Shown piece by piece: positions 11,858 through 25,466 of a DNA stretch of 64,000 nucleotides (positions are counted from its first letter, which is position 1; each line of letters begins with the position of its first letter). The notes beneath the pieces are model-generated. The model saw only the letters and a list, made by a program, of their open reading frames with translations, was not told the origin of the DNA and made no database searches. The stretch is from Lytechinus pictus (Eukaryota). Made by a program: the position numbers and the translations under genes. The stretch lies in the NCBI RefSeq assembly GCF_037042905.1, contig NC_087252.1, positions 3,226,001-3,290,000 on the forward strand, read 5' to 3'.

Positions 11858-12030
11858 TAATATACAATAAAATATAACAGAGTCTGAATGACTATCGTGC
11901 TTTCGACTCTTGGGCCGATCAAAATTCCCTGATCTTGCCCTATTGAGGCATTTTCCCCGGATTTGAGGCAATCCTGACTGGAGAAACGTTTTAAAAAATC
12001 TCCGATTTCCCTGATGGGGTGGGAACCTTG
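11620..12030. mobile_element. hAT-like MITE with 5-bp TSD
   Basis: TIR CATGGTTCCCA / TGGGAACCTTG; TSD CCAAT at 11615-11619 and 12031-12035. Confidence 0.7.
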
Positions 12031-12904
12031 CCAATCCATTTTAAGGAGGAGGCGAAGAAGTAGAACAAAAAACAGATTAAGAAGATGTATAAGATGGATG
12101 ACTACTGTGGTGATAACTAATAAAGGTCTGCAAGCGTAGACTATACTGTGTTATTACCAAAGAGTTAAATACGTGTTTAGGTTCATATAACTCTATGGTC
12201 TACGTCAGAATGATGTGGCTGCTACCAAGATGGTCGCAGTTATGTTGTTGCAGCTAACCCGATAGACCTCTATAGTGTTATCAAACTATATCTAACTGGT
12301 CTGTTATTTGCCTCCAAAGAAACTATTTAATTAACTAAACAAAATATTCATAACAAAATTACATGATTTAATTATAATGGCTTTGTAGTTTTGGAATCCC
12401 CAAACTGCTTAACTAGCCATCAAGTTATAGTATCGTCCGTAATGTAATGGTGCATCACAATGATTTAAAAGAGGCATAAACACGTTTACCGAAGACGTAT
12501 CCACACCATCAAATACAATATATTTTGGTTCCTTTCTCCATAATAATGTTATTCTGATGAAACCCCGCCATTCGACCATTACAAGCTACAAGGTCCCCAA
12601 ATTATTGTTCTGTAAATGTGCATGCTGTGATGTAATGATTATGAGTATGATTAAATTTTCATCATCATCTTATAATCGATATAGAGGCCTAATCTTAAGA
12701 ATTATTTGATGAGCGACTATCTCATCATCGATAGTCCTTCACGGTGAGGTTTTGCGCCCACCAGCCCCACCCCGGCTCTACCCCTCCGGATCCTTGCGAT
12801 ATGTATATATTAACTAATGCATGGTATTTATCCATTACGTACCATATTCGCTAAATCTAGATAAAATAAATAATAATAAATGATACTATATTAGAATAAA
12901 TGGA

Positions 12905-13450
12905 CATTAGACCAAGTGACGATTAGCCCAACTGGTCATTAGTCCAATTGGCGATTAGACCAAGTGGTCACTAGACCGTTTGGCTATTAGTCCAAGTGGT
13001 CATTAGACCAATTAGATAGTAGACGAAGTGGAAATTAGACTAAATGGAAATTAGACCAAGTGAAAATTAGACCGAACGGTCATTAGACGATGTGGCAATT
13101 AGACAAAATGGTAATTAGACCAAGTGGAAATTAGCCGAAGTGGAAATTAGCCTAATTGGTGTTAGACCAACTGGAAATTAGACTAAATGGTTTTAGCCCA
13201 ACTGCTCGTTAGACGAATTGGATATTAGACTAAGTGAGAATTAGACGAATTGGATATTAGACCAAGTGAAAATTATCCCAACTGGCTATTAGCCCAAATG
13301 GAAATCAGACGAATTGGATATTAACCCAAGTGGGAATTAGACGAATTGGATATTAGACGAACTGGTTGTAGACGAAATGAGTTTAGACTATGTGAAGTTA
13401 GACGAACTGATAAGTAGACCATGTGGTATTAGACCATCCGTTAATTCACC
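12905..13450 (-). repeat. About 20-bp TTAGACCAA-core tandem array (inverted partner of 10844-11255)
   Basis: Repeated attagaccaagtgg units. Confidence 0.8.
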
Positions 13451-14536
13451 ATCTTACCTGCCATAAGTTTGCTTTTCCTGGCCTCCCTTTATCATGTTTA
13501 TACAGTGAAATTTCAAGGAAGTCTCATTCGTTCCCATCCATACTGTATAATAAAGGGTTGTCAGCTCTAACAAACACAAGAACACATTTCCAGTATTTTT
13601 CCTTGAATATTAATATTAGGATTGGAATGCTTAGTGATAGCAGCATATTAATTTGAAAAAAAACTGAAATGTTTTCTCACTGCAGTCAATGTGATAAAAA
13701 TCCAAATTTCTTGACATTTTCCATATAAGGATACTTATTTGCATAATATGCAAATAAGGCAGATTTGCTAGCTTTTTTAAATAAAGACATTGAACTTATT
13801 TATTCATCATGAACTTTTGTTCGAAATTACTTGCTGTGGACATTTGATTTGTAATCTTTGGATTAATTTCCTCATTTTCTATTTTCTTAAATGGCTAATT
13901 TACATAATATACAAATTGATTTTCAGGCATTGGAATGACTTATCATGCTTAGTGATATAGTTGCATATTAATGTTAACATTAATCATGTTAATGGAATGC
14001 TTTTAAGCAGTCTATATGAGAAAAATCACAATATCTTGACATTTTTTCCATAAGGATGTTTATTTGCATAATATGCAAATGAGGTGGAAATGTTTGCACT
14101 TTTGATTAAAAACACTGAATTCAGTTATTTATCATGAATTTCCATTCAAATTAAATTGTTTTGGACATTTGATTTGTAATCTTTGGATTATTTCCCTTCT
14201 TTTTCTATTTTTTTTCATGGCTAATTTGCATAATATGCAAATTCAAGTTTAAGTTCAAGTTCAATTTTATTTTCTCAACAATATATATAAAAAAAAAACA
14301 ATATACAATATGTACAAGAATGAAAATTACATCAGAGAAAAACAGAAGCTACTGAAAAGTTCATAAGAACTTGTGAGTTGTAGCTCCCAAAATAAATTCC
14401 CACTGCTTGGATTCCTCGGGACTTTTAGTATGTGGTTTAGGGGACCTTCCTGGAAAGCATTTCAGTGGAATATCTCGTGTTGCAATTAGTGGTGGGTTAC
14501 CCCCCCCCCCCTATTCTGGCTAGATTGTATGGACTA
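13451..14536 (-). mobile_element. Partial inverted copy of Academ-like family A, including its CR1 cargo
   Basis: Reverse complement of about 17203-18782, ending ...GGACTA. Lacks the Kolobok-like insertion (empty site) and has its own short LINE-tail-like insertion at about 14243-14390. Confidence 0.85.
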
Positions 14537-17500
14537 ATACAGCATACTTGCGAAAACACACATACGCACACACAGCGTCGCTTTCCATATAGCCTCCCAC
14601 GCCCATGCACACGCCCTCACATGCACACCCACGACCCTTGCACATCCACACACATCCTTACAGTCAAAAATCCCTCTCTCGATCTCCCTTTGTCTTTTAT
14701 CTCATTATTCACCTCAGTTTTCATTTGCGTTGGCATAGTTGGTGCGTGTGCAAGCGAGTTGTGCTCAGCTATACAGGCGGGAAATTTAATCTACATAGTA
14801 AGAATTTACTATGTCGATAAAAATTCTTATAATCTGGTCACATAAGCATCGGCAATTGTTTGTTTATAATAAATAGGCATTCATTGCATTGATAATTATG
14901 CCGAAAGAAACAGTCTACGTTTATTTTACATTTAAAAGAAAAATAATTTGCACCTGAATACATAATCATACATAAACATTTAAAATTGGAACTATACTCG
15001 GTATAGCCTATTTTGCAATTTGTGGAGACGCCTTTTCCATTTATCATGTACTTCATCATCACGTGTTTTATTTCTATTTTTTATTTATTTATCTAAGTGT
15101 TTGTATGCACCAGTAATAGAAATGCGTTAATCAAAATAGAGTACAAATACCATAATACATTACATATTTGTCATTTGTCATTTGTCACATTCGTCATATA
15201 ATTAGTACTCTTGGTACAAACCTGTAAAATGTGTTTATTGGTACATTGAACAAGTACAGCAGTCCATATACTTTGTATTCAAATGAACACAAGCTATGCG
15301 ATTAATTTTAAATCTGCCAGAGCCGACATTACGGCGGCTAGTATAGATATTACTTTTTTGAAATTTTAAAGAGTTTCCCTTTCCTCTAATTACCTTTAAA
15401 AATGGAAACATATGAGTTGGGTTTAATTACCATTTTAAAGATCCCGACACAATCAACTTGATGGGATTTGTTGAATATTTGGACCAAACTGATTAGATTA
15501 ACCTAGCACATTTTTGTTTTATCAATATTCCTTTTTTGTTCCCTTTGTTTGGAAGGGATGATGAGATGGGGTTGTCCGGTAACCAGGGGTAAAATTACAT
15601 CCATATATTTTGGAAACAAACCTATAGTTAAAGGGCATTTTCATCGCTAATCATCCCAATTTTTCTAGAATTCCCAGCTTTTAGCAGTAATTTTATTTTT
15701 TTAATAAGCCTTGTTACTATCAGGCATCAGATCCTATACAAAGCATTTCATTGGCCCGATTGTCTGGGGACATCATGGACAATAGCGACCTTATTATGCT
15801 TGTGCACCGGGCCCATACCGTATTTCTGTGTCATCCTTGATACCGGATACGATAGTGATCACTATGGTGGAAAATGTATTATCCTTGAAACACAAATATA
15901 AACTTAATAAAATCAAACTATAAATAACTAACGTAACAATGAAACAGGCCATTGTCAGACTATCTTCTCTCAGTAGGATCCTCCATTTATTTTGCAACGA
16001 TTAGTGTTAGGCCTATATTCCTGACATATCCCCGGTAACCTTTGAGTGACTTTGAGTAAGGGTTGGGAAAGGGTTAAAAAGTTTAAATTTAAAATCTGTA
16101 CAAACTTCAAAACCTTGAAGGCCATGAAGAGTTTTCTTTTGAAACCATCATTTATTTACTTTCAAGCACCATCTATTTTCAGAAAGCGAATCATATCTCA
16201 CCCCTTCAAGAGGAGTTGTAAGGAGGTCAACCAAGCATTTCCTTAAGCGAAGTGCATTACGTTTAAGGCGAGAGTTGTCACAATGGCACATTTTTTGTCA
16301 GCTAGTAACAGGTCATATTCTGTTTCGGGGAAATGAATCCCTGAAACGTAATGTTCATCTCAAAGTATGACTTCCACCCCCCCCCCCCTTCGGGGAAGGG
16401 GAAGGGGGGTATTCATGGTATTATTGGAATGCATGTTAAGTGACATTAATTTTCTTATTTGAGTGCTATGCATTCTGATATAACGGGAGAACACTCAGGT
16501 TCATTAGCTCAAATCAAGTTTGTGAACTGGTTGTGACGACAGAGTGGCGTGCCATAGTTTCTTGCAAATATGAAAACAGTATTACGCAAGTAAAGATCAA
16601 CTGAAATGATTGACCCCCTAAATAGAAATGAAAAAAACAAAACAACAAACAATCAAAATAACAACAACATCACCAACAACCATCACAAAAGCAGAATCAA
16701 AATAACACAGGAATACGATTGATTACATTTTGATTGCTTCATAAGACTGCAATGTAATTGGTCATCATTAATCATAATATTAGCTGTGTACTATACGCTC
16801 TAAAATGTGGAGTGGTACCAGTTTGGTTAATATGTGTGAGTCTTACAATAACTGACGTCTAAATGTGAAATGAATATACGTTGATATTACAATACATATA
16901 TGTTTATTAATCGTATATTTTACTAACCCTAGATTTAAACACAGATCAAAATAATATGCCGCCCTTTCGTGTTTTGAATGATGACTTCAGTGGAAAATAA
17001 GGCTAATGACGAATTTTGAGCACATGTGAAACCAAAACTAGAATATGATTAGAATCACAAACGATAATCACAATCAAGAATTCAAATTCTACTCCGAAGG
17101 TGAATTCCAGTTATGTTTGACTCAAATTACGGCACGAATTTTGCGCGTGGCATTAATCGTAGTTTGATTTGCGATTTAGTGCTTTGATTGACAAATCACC
17201 AATAGTCCAGTCAATCTAGCCAGAATAGGGGGGTAACCCACCACTAATTGCAACACGAGATATTCCACTGAAATGCTTTCCAGGAAGGTCCCCTAAACAA
17301 CATACTAAAAGTCCCAAGAAATCCAAGCAGTGGACATTTATGAAATTTGCATATTATGCAAATTAGCCATGAAAAATTAGAAAAAGAAGGGAAATAATCC
17401 AAAGATTACAAATTAAATGTCCAAAATAATTTGATTTGAATGGAAATTCATGATAAATAACTGAATTCAATGTTTTCAATCAAAACAATTTCTACCTCAT

Positions 17501-17604
17501 TTGCATATTATGCAAATAAGCATCCTTATATGGAAAAAATGTCAAGATATTGTGATTTTTCTCATATAGACTGCTTGAAAACATTTCATTAATGTTGACA
17601 TTAA

Positions 17605-18201
17605 AGGGGAATCCAACCCAAATAAAAAATTGTTTTTATAAGGAAAAGAAAAATCAGACAAGTTGATAGGTGAAAGTTTGAACAATATGTGACAAACAAC
17701 AAGAAAGTTATGAATTTTTAAAAGTTATAAATATTGGTAATCACTGTACCCATGGAGACTTCAAATTGGCTGCATATGGGATGTCATAGTGATGTAAGGC
17801 AAGGACTACTCTTCCATGTACTCCAATTCATATTATGGCGAAAATGTGATTTTTTCCCAAAAGTTTTATTTCAAATTAATATTTTTCTTTCATGAGGACA
17901 TAAAACAATATACTACCTGGGTTATATTTAGATTACTGCCCCAGGGGAATGGGTACTTAGGAGAAAACCACTAATCCCTGATAATAAAGAACATGGCCTA
18001 TGGGAAAGTTGTCCTTGCCCCTTGTCATAATTTACCTATCCAGTTGCCAATTTGAAATCTACATAGTATTAGTGATCTCAATTTTAAAGCAGCTATAACT
18101 TTCTTATTGCTTGTCCGATTTCTTTCAAACTTTCACCATTCTGTTTAATTTATTTTTCTCCTTCCCAACACAACATTTAATGGCCAAGGCTGGATTCCCC
18201 T
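17605..18201. mobile_element. Kolobok-like non-autonomous element
   Basis: TTAA TSD, TIR AGGGGAATCCA / TGGATTCCCCT; absent from the paralogous arm near 13970. Confidence 0.85.
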
Positions 18202-18604
18202 TTAATATGCTACTATATCACTAAGCATGACAATTCATCCCAATGCCTGAAAATTAATTTGCATATTATGCAAATTAGCCATTTAAAAAAATAGAAAATG
18301 AGGAAATTAATCCAAAGATTACAAATTAAATGTCCACAGCAAGTAATTTTGAACATGATGAATAAATAAGTTCAATGTCTTTATTTAAAAAAGCTAGCAA
18401 ATCTGCCTCATTTGCATATTATGCAAATAAGTATCCTTATATGGAAAATGTCAAGAAATTTAGATTTTTATCACATTGACTGCAGTGAAAACATTTCAGT
18501 TTTTCAAATTAATATGCTGCTATCACTAAGCATTCAAATCTATCCTAATATGATTTATATTCAAGGAAAAATACTGGAAATATGTTCTTCGCTTCCTAAG
18601 CATT

Positions 18605-19650
18605 AGTCTGACAAGATGATGGGATTGGCAAGAACAAAGCACAGTATTTGAATTGGTGTGTAGTTTGTTAGAGTTGACAACCCTTTCTTATATGGATGGG
18701 AACGACTTAGACTTTCTTGAAATTTCACCGCATAAACATGATAAAGGGAGGCCAGGAAAAGCAAACTTATGGCAGGTAAGATCTGATGAGTAGTCTCAGT
18801 AAGAAGTGCAGCAGAGATTCCGTCTGGCCTAGTAGCTTCATGCAGGTTGTTTTCTTTAACAATTTCTTCAGTAGTCTGGCTACACATGCTTGACTAAACA
18901 ATATGTTATCTGGCCATATCTGGGTCAGGAATGGGTCCCAGGACTTCAGCGTCATCATCATCATGATCAGTGGTGAATACTAAGACTAAAAATCTTTGCC
19001 TTCCTTTAATAATGATATTCCAATGTAGTCATAGCTATTGATTTTAAGGGCTCCCAACATGCTAATTGTTACAGCCTGGATCATTGTCAATCCGGGCAAC
19101 AAATCATGTATTATAGGCTTGTCTACAAACCCTCTTATGGTCCTCTTTAATGCATTGTAGCAATTCTGAGCTTTACCTTACTGATGCTTTTGGAGCTCTA
19201 AAATGTGCAAGCCTTCCTAGCCTTTCTCTAAAACTCTTGACATCTTCCGACACAACTTATGTCCATTCTCTCATTGAGGCAACTTGTGTCGGAAGAAGAC
19301 ATGGTTAACTGTGTGTTCTTGTTAAAGTCCTCTTGATTGGCATTCAGTCTCCTATGCTCGACTTGTCGGATTTCAGTACAGAGAGTTGTATGATTGTCCA
19401 AAGTACATCTGCATGACACTATTTAAGTCAGCATTCCTCCAGAAGAACATCCTTAGTCGTACCATAAAATGTTTATTCCTCTGGATAACCTCACAGTATA
19501 CCCATGAGTAGCACATTGTGGCAAATCAATCTTGGAAGTGGTACACACTGTCTAATCAATGTTGGATGGTATTTGATGGTGATGTTAAGGGTGTTCCATT
19601 ATGTTGTGTCCTCTTGTTGGAAAGGCAATAATCTGGCTTAGTTCTCCATC
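18605..19650 (-). pseudogene. Decayed CR1-type LINE ORF2 fragment
   Basis: EATRPDGISAALLTET.HQILPAISLLFLASL...HPYKKG..TLTNYTPI resembles the KAxGPDGI...VPLYKKG...NYRPISL pre-RT motifs. The upstream boundary is approximate. Confidence 0.7.
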
Positions 19651-20026
19651 TGGTTTGTTCATTGTCTCACTGAGAAATTTCTGTTTACCATAAATATCAG
19701 GAAATTAATATTATTTTTTGCATACGACTTTATACTTAGAAACTATAGCTTTAATATTTGTAGATGGTTGCCATAGGAGATTTATCAAAGAGGAAAGAAC
19801 AGAAAATGGATGCTTCATCATGAAGCAGCAACTGGATTCAGCAAGAGCGTCTAATACGATTCTTGTATCTGAGAAAGATGCCTATAATGCACTTTAAGCC
19901 TTCATCATGAATTTATGAATGGCTTTCATGTCGCTCGTATAGGCAAATGCCCATTGTTACTCTTATTAAGCATGCCCAGAGATCGTGTGATCCAAGCAAG
20001 TACTCATATTCACCACCAAGACAAGT

Positions 20027-20480
20027 GATGATGATGATGATGATGGGTTCTTGTAAAGCGTCGGTATCCGCCTCAGCTGGGCGCTCATGGCGCTTGCTCA
20101 AAAATAGGAAATATCTCACAAATTTCAATGTCTTCAAACAGTGCTTAGGATCATCATTCAGTTCAAATACTATCCTAGTAATGCTACAATTGAGTTATAC
20201 TTGTCTTGGGATAATGTTGGAGTGGGGAACAGAAAGGTCTTCAGGTAAGACTCAAAAGTTGATTGGGTCTCTGCTCTCCTGATAAATTGGGGAAGGCTAT
20301 TCCACAGCTTTGGTCCAGAGATGTAGAAGGCTCTGTCATCCCAGGTTGTGTGGCTGAGAGATTCCCTAAGCAATGCTTGAGCTGCTGATAAGAGCTCTGA
20401 GATGTAGGGTGGAGATTTATCGTTAAGCGCTTTAAATACAAGGACCCCAAGTTTATAAGCTAATTGGTGTGCTACAAGGA
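20027..20480 (-). mobile_element. L2-clade LINE 3' fragment
   Basis: AYKLGVLVFKALN...WDDRAFYISGPKLWNSLP...FESYLKTFLF with (CAT)n tail; same family as 52533-53690. Confidence 0.85.
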
Positions 20481-22323
20481 CCAAATATTCGAAGCTAATG
20501 GGCTTTTATTTGTACGGGTGTGACTTCTTGTGCTGATCACTTGGCAATCCAGGAGTTGCTAGCGTGGACTATACTCGCAAGAAACGCAAAGTCTCTATAC
20601 AAAGTCAAGAAGAGAGCAAGATTTGGATGGAAATAATGAAACATTCAAGCAGTGGGATCCATGTAGAATGGACTCATCGTTGTACAATATGAGTGGGGTA
20701 ACTGCTCGTTTACAAAACTCAATAGCAACCAAGCAAGAAGTGTAGGGAAGGTCATCATGGTTAATACACAATAATCTACATGGAATTTTAGAGGAAAGTA
20801 TCACTTATGTGTTTCCTTGAATATTTATAACTTGTCGGATGCTTATTTGCATAATATGTAAATTACACTTCAGATATTAAGCTGATTATTAATGTATTTG
20901 CCATTCTTAGTGATCACATCATATTGATCTAGACTGAAATGTTTTCATAACTGTTTTTGTGAGAAAAATTAAAATTTCTTGATTTTTTTCCATATAAAGA
21001 TGCTCAAATATATATGCGAATGAGGTAGATTTATTTACGATTTTTTACTTAAAACCTAAATAAATTTGTAAAACTTATTATGGGCTTCAGTTCAATTTGT
21101 ATTGATTGCACTTGATTTCCAATATTTGGATTATTTTCCTTATTTGTAATTTATCATGGCTAATTTGCATAAAATGCAAATTCTGTGATTTTCCTATATG
21201 CTTGTATATTTAAGGACTTTTAATATGGTGTTTAGGAAACCTTCCTGTACTTGCTGTAAGGTATTGCCATATTCCAATTTCAATAGATAATCTACTTGCA
21301 ATTTTTGAGGGATGTATCACCAGTGTGTTTTCTTGAATATTCATAACATGTTAGATACTTTTATTTGCATAATACGCAAATTACACTACAGACACTAAGC
21401 TGAATACAAATGTATTCAACGTCCTAAGTGATAGCAGCATGTAAATTCCAACATTAATGAAATTTTCAAGCAGATAATGAGAGAAAAATCACAATACCTT
21501 GACATTTTTCCATATAAGAATGCTTATTTTCATATTATGCAAATGAGGTAGATTTTTTTGCACTTTTGACAAAAAACATTGAATACCGTTACTTATCATG
21601 AATTTTCGCTCAAATTGAATTGTTTTGGACACTCAATTTGTAATCTTTGGGCTATTTTCCTTATTTTTCTAACTTTTTAGCGCTAATTTACATAATATGC
21701 AAATTTCATAAATTTCTACTGCTTGGATTTCTTGGGACTTTTGGTATGTTGTTTAGGGGACCTTCCTTGAAAGAATTGCAGTGGAATATCTCGTGTTGCA
21801 TGAGTGGTGGGTCAAACCCTATATTGACTGGACTACAAGGAAACATACCACCTTCGTTCTGGAATTTGAATTCAAATCACAATTTTAGAGTGGGCTTGTG
21901 AAAGGTCCGATGATTCTAAAGACGACTTGCAATCATCAGTACAATGATGATTCAAGATTCTCGTGTGAAAAAGGCCCATAGTCACGCCCGGTCCGTTTAC
22001 CGATGAAAGTATGTTACGTCTAGTATTGATTAGTGGATTGATATTTTTCTTTCATAGGAACTTTATCAAACCAAGCATTTCTTTTCCGAAGTATCTCAAA
22101 ACTATTCCACCCAAAAACTGTAATTTGTCCCTCGAAATGCTCGAATGCAGTGTAAAGTTGTGAAGAATGCAATAATTTATATACATTATTAACGCATAAA
22201 CGACTTTCAAGCTATTTCTATTCAAGATTTTTTTTTTTCATCTTGAGACAGTTTCTTAAGACAAATGGATTTCATGACCAGGTATTAATCTTGATATTTA
22301 AAAGGAGAAACAAATATATAATG

Positions 22324-22329
22324 TTTATT
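22324..22329 (-). terminator. Candidate polyadenylation signal of the Ig gene
   Basis: AATAAA on the minus strand about 230 bp after the stop codon; AT-rich context makes it weak evidence. Confidence 0.35.
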
Positions 22330-22555
22330 TTGTCAAGTCCACGTTGATTATGTTATAAAATCTAGATTACAAATAGATTGCTAATTTATGTTTAATTTGT
22401 CTTCCGTGATCAGACATATTTAAATGTCTTTTAATGTGTGTTCCCTAGCAATACTATTTCACTTTTTTGTGATGTGGTCACAGCTTCTCTAAAAGACATT
22501 TTTATAAAATAATGGTAACTATTACTAATACCCTGACCAATCATATGGAAGTTAA

Positions 22556-22897
22556 TTATAAATATGTGGTGATCACCGAATCAGGACTTTCTAACGCAAT
22601 TCCTTGCTGGGGAAGAAATGTTGTAGGACCTGAACAGGATATGTATCCCCCGTCACAGGAATTAAGAATGATATCTAAAGTTGAACCCCCTTGCCATGCT
22701 TGCAGTGATGAATCACATGCTGGTTGTGTTGGATTCAGAGAAGAAAAGTTACCAGGTGGACTGGTTTGATGATTGGATGGAATTGTTGGGAGAGATATTG
22801 GCTTCATCTCCATGTATACGTGAGCATCCTGGATGGGTTGCTTAGGAACTACATCACTTCGGGAAACAGCGGGATCTCCACAAACACCAGGATTGGA
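22556..22897 (-). CDS. IgSF receptor, last coding exon (cytoplasmic tail with YMEM, ends ITTYL*)
   Basis: Acceptor ttttccttaactgtag, phase 0, 342 bp open to TAA: SNPGVCGDPAVSRSDVVPKQPIQDAHVYMEMKP...ITTYL*. Confidence 0.75.
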   Translation of the reverse strand, partial: SNPGVCGDPAVSRSDVVPKQPIQDAHVYMEMKPISLPTIPSNHQTSPPGNFSSLNPTQPACDSSLQAWQGGSTLDIILNSCDGGYISCSGPTTFLPQQGIALESPDSVITTYL

Positions 22898-23507
22898 CTA
22901 CAGTTAAGGAAAATGTATGAAACTGTATAAGATTGAAACATTTACTGAGTAACACCTTTAATAGTTGACTTCGAATTCAAAATATAAAAATATTCTTATA
23001 CCACAACCACTATGCTCTTGCGAATAATAATCCTAATAAAAAAATCAAATTGCTCACATGGCTGTAGAAAATATAGATAGACATCTAATGGCCCACTTAG
23101 CTCAAGTGAGTTTCGATTTACACCAATTTAATCGTTGTAGATGCACAATGTACATGATGTATATACAATGTCATTAGGTGATACGATTTTGAACGTATCT
23201 ATATAATCTATATTCCGTTGTATTAAACTAATGGCGTAGAAAAGTGAGCACATATATTACAATTGTGTTTTTTTTTCTTCAACAATGTCACACGGAATGG
23301 CATAGCCATTTTCATTTACTATTCTACAATCTGCATATAATTAAATGTGACGAACCCTACAAGATTATACGATTTGGTATCGGTGATATTCTAGACTGGA
23401 TTCTATTCAAACATACATTCTGTTTTATCTCGGTGAAGAAATAATAGCTTGATCGTTATGATTTCATCAACAATATTGCACGGGGTGGTATTACCAATTC
23501 TATTTAC

Positions 23508-23587
23508 CATGGTAAAATCAGCATGAGCGGGTTCTTGGTTCGAGTCCTTCAGGTGTATGGTGGTCATTGAAACCCCGTCTGCATTCC
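23508..23587 (-). CDS. IgSF receptor coding exon 7 (juxtamembrane tail)
   Basis: Acceptor ttctttatattgcag, donor ATG|gtaaat; 80 bp, phase 1 to 0, GNADGVSMTTIHLKDSNQEPAHADFTM; joins the last exon in frame. Confidence 0.7.
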
Positions 23588-24532
23588 CTGCAATATAAAG
23601 AACAATTTGAAAGTAATATAAGGAATTATTCGTGAGAGTCGTTAATAGACAGTCATGATAACTCATATTTAAGATAAACAGATTGTGTATGTTCAAAGTT
23701 AACTCCGTGTATATATATTTTTTTTTCAAATAAATGAGTAATCAAAATGAGCGGATGATTGGAAAGGGGAATACTGCATATACAATTATGACATCATGGT
23801 AAATATCTAACACGAAGCGCATCGTGAAATATGAAAATGTAGACCACAGATACGCAGAAAATCTCAAACAAAAAAGAAAATCAATGGTGGGCTTGGGCAT
23901 CATGGCAGTTAAAATGAATCGTTTCATTGGAAGTATACAACGGTAATTACTAAACAATTACTTATTTCAAATTGAGTCATCTGGCACATATTAATAAATA
24001 CATATAAATAATATAAAATATATTCTGTTCCCTGCAATATAAAGAACGAACTAAATTTTGTTCCCTTCTAATCTATCTTTGCATTTTGCGTTAAAGTGCA
24101 CTGATGTGCTTGTTGAACTTGTTATTTTTATCAACATTGGATATGAGTCAAATCGGCTGGGGAAATTCGCCCTGAACAAAAATTTGTTGTAAAAATTATA
24201 GTAGGACAAATATTTGATGGCTTAAGATTAAAGGTAAACAAAGGTATAAGAATACTAGATTTTGGATTTGTGACGTCATGAACGAGCAGCAGCTCCATAT
24301 GTTGTCAAATATGAAATGCATAAGTTTTATTTTATGAATCACGATGATTTATTTTTTGTCCTTAGTATAGCTTCAAATGTGTAACGTTTAACCAAAGCCT
24401 AATAGGTCCGCACTCAACAAGATCCGAATGGAAAGCTGGTAAACTTTTGATTTGACAAAAATGTGTTTCAACTATTTTTTGTCAAATGTAACACTGATAT
24501 TCAGCAAGCATCTTAACAAGAAAACGACTTAC

Positions 24533-24631
24533 CAATTCTCTTTCTATAACCGATGATACCGCAAACGCTTGTAATGAGAAATACGAAGCTCAAACATCCA
24601 ACAACAATAACAGTGTGCACTGGCTTCCAAT
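24533..24631 (-). CDS. IgSF receptor coding exon 6 (transmembrane)
   Basis: 99 bp, phase 1-1, donor gtaagt; DWKPVHTVIVVGCLSFVFLITSVCGIIGYRKRI is a hydrophobic helix followed by basic stop-transfer residues. Confidence 0.85.
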
Positions 24632-24872
24632 CTTCAAGTTAATATGAACAAGAAAACAACACCTTAATAAGTCTAGTGGAAAGATAACTTGTATCAAAAT
24701 TTATCAATAAACATATTTTTGCTTTCTTTGAATTGAATCTGATTCGAGGAATTAAAGAGAAGGATTATATCAATAAAATGTTTATTTTACGATCGCGATT
24801 CGTTAACACTGATGTTTTCATAACATATTCTTGTGACGATTCCTACATCCCATCGTTTGGTAGTCACTTTAA

Positions 24873-25466
24873 AGGACAAGTCCACCCCAACAAACCTCAA
24901 AAACCTCAAAAACGGAGAAAAATCTAACAAGCAAAACAATGAAAATTTCATCAAAATCGGATGTAAATTACGAAAGTTATGACATTTTAAAGTTTCGCTT
25001 AATTTCACAAAACAATATACGCACATCCTGGTCGGTATGCAAAGAGGCAGACTGATGACGTCACACACTCACTAGTTATTTTGTATTTTATTATATGAAA
25101 TATGAAATATTCTACTTTTCTCCTCCTTGTCAAATGAAACAAAGTTTAATTTCTCCCTGAACATGTGGAATTACCATTATTTTAAAAGTTTATGGTTAAG
25201 TTAAGTTGGTCCTTATTGTCAAATCTGTAAAAATTGAAATATTGTATTATTCAAACAAAAGAAATAGTGAGTGATGGACGTCGCAGACTCTCTCATTTGA
25301 AAATCGCTGAATTGTGCATTTAACTGTTTTGTGAAAAATAAGCGATACTTAAACATTTCATAACTTTCTTTTTTTACATCCACTTTCGATGAAATTTGGA
25401 GCTTTATGTTTGTTTGATTTTTCTCTATTGATTCAAATCAACAATTTTCCTGGGTGGACCTGACCT
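24873..25466. mobile_element. Kolobok-like non-autonomous element
   Basis: TTAA TSD, TIR AGGACAAGTCCACCC / GGGTGGACCTGACCT. Confidence 0.85.

Larger units (their letters stand above)
17203..21835. mobile_element. Non-autonomous Academ-like DNA transposon (family A)
   Basis: Termini TAGTCCAGTCAAT...ATTGACTGGACTA, 3-bp TSD CAA, long inverted repeated arms. Confidence 0.8.
16960..21977. mobile_element. Harbinger-like MITE (GCCCTTTC...GAAAAGGC) split by Academ-like element A; further copies about 44849-45036, 47446-47633 and 48696-49205
   Basis: 16960-17202 and 21839-21977 join to match the shorter copies (ttgaatgatgattccagtg...tgatgattcaagattctcg.gtgaaaa). Confidence 0.6.

Noticed and set aside
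12040..12230. Possible PPT/LTR and minus-strand PBS (TGGTAGCAGCC)
   Set aside because: No adjacent CA LTR end, no second LTR copy and no TSD found.
15794..15997. Small ORF with a hydrophobic stretch
   Set aside because: TTG start, AT-rich composition explains the hydrophobicity, no supporting exon chain.
23495..23507. Alternative donor G|gtaata for exon 7
   Set aside because: Gives phase 1, incompatible with the phase-0 last exon.
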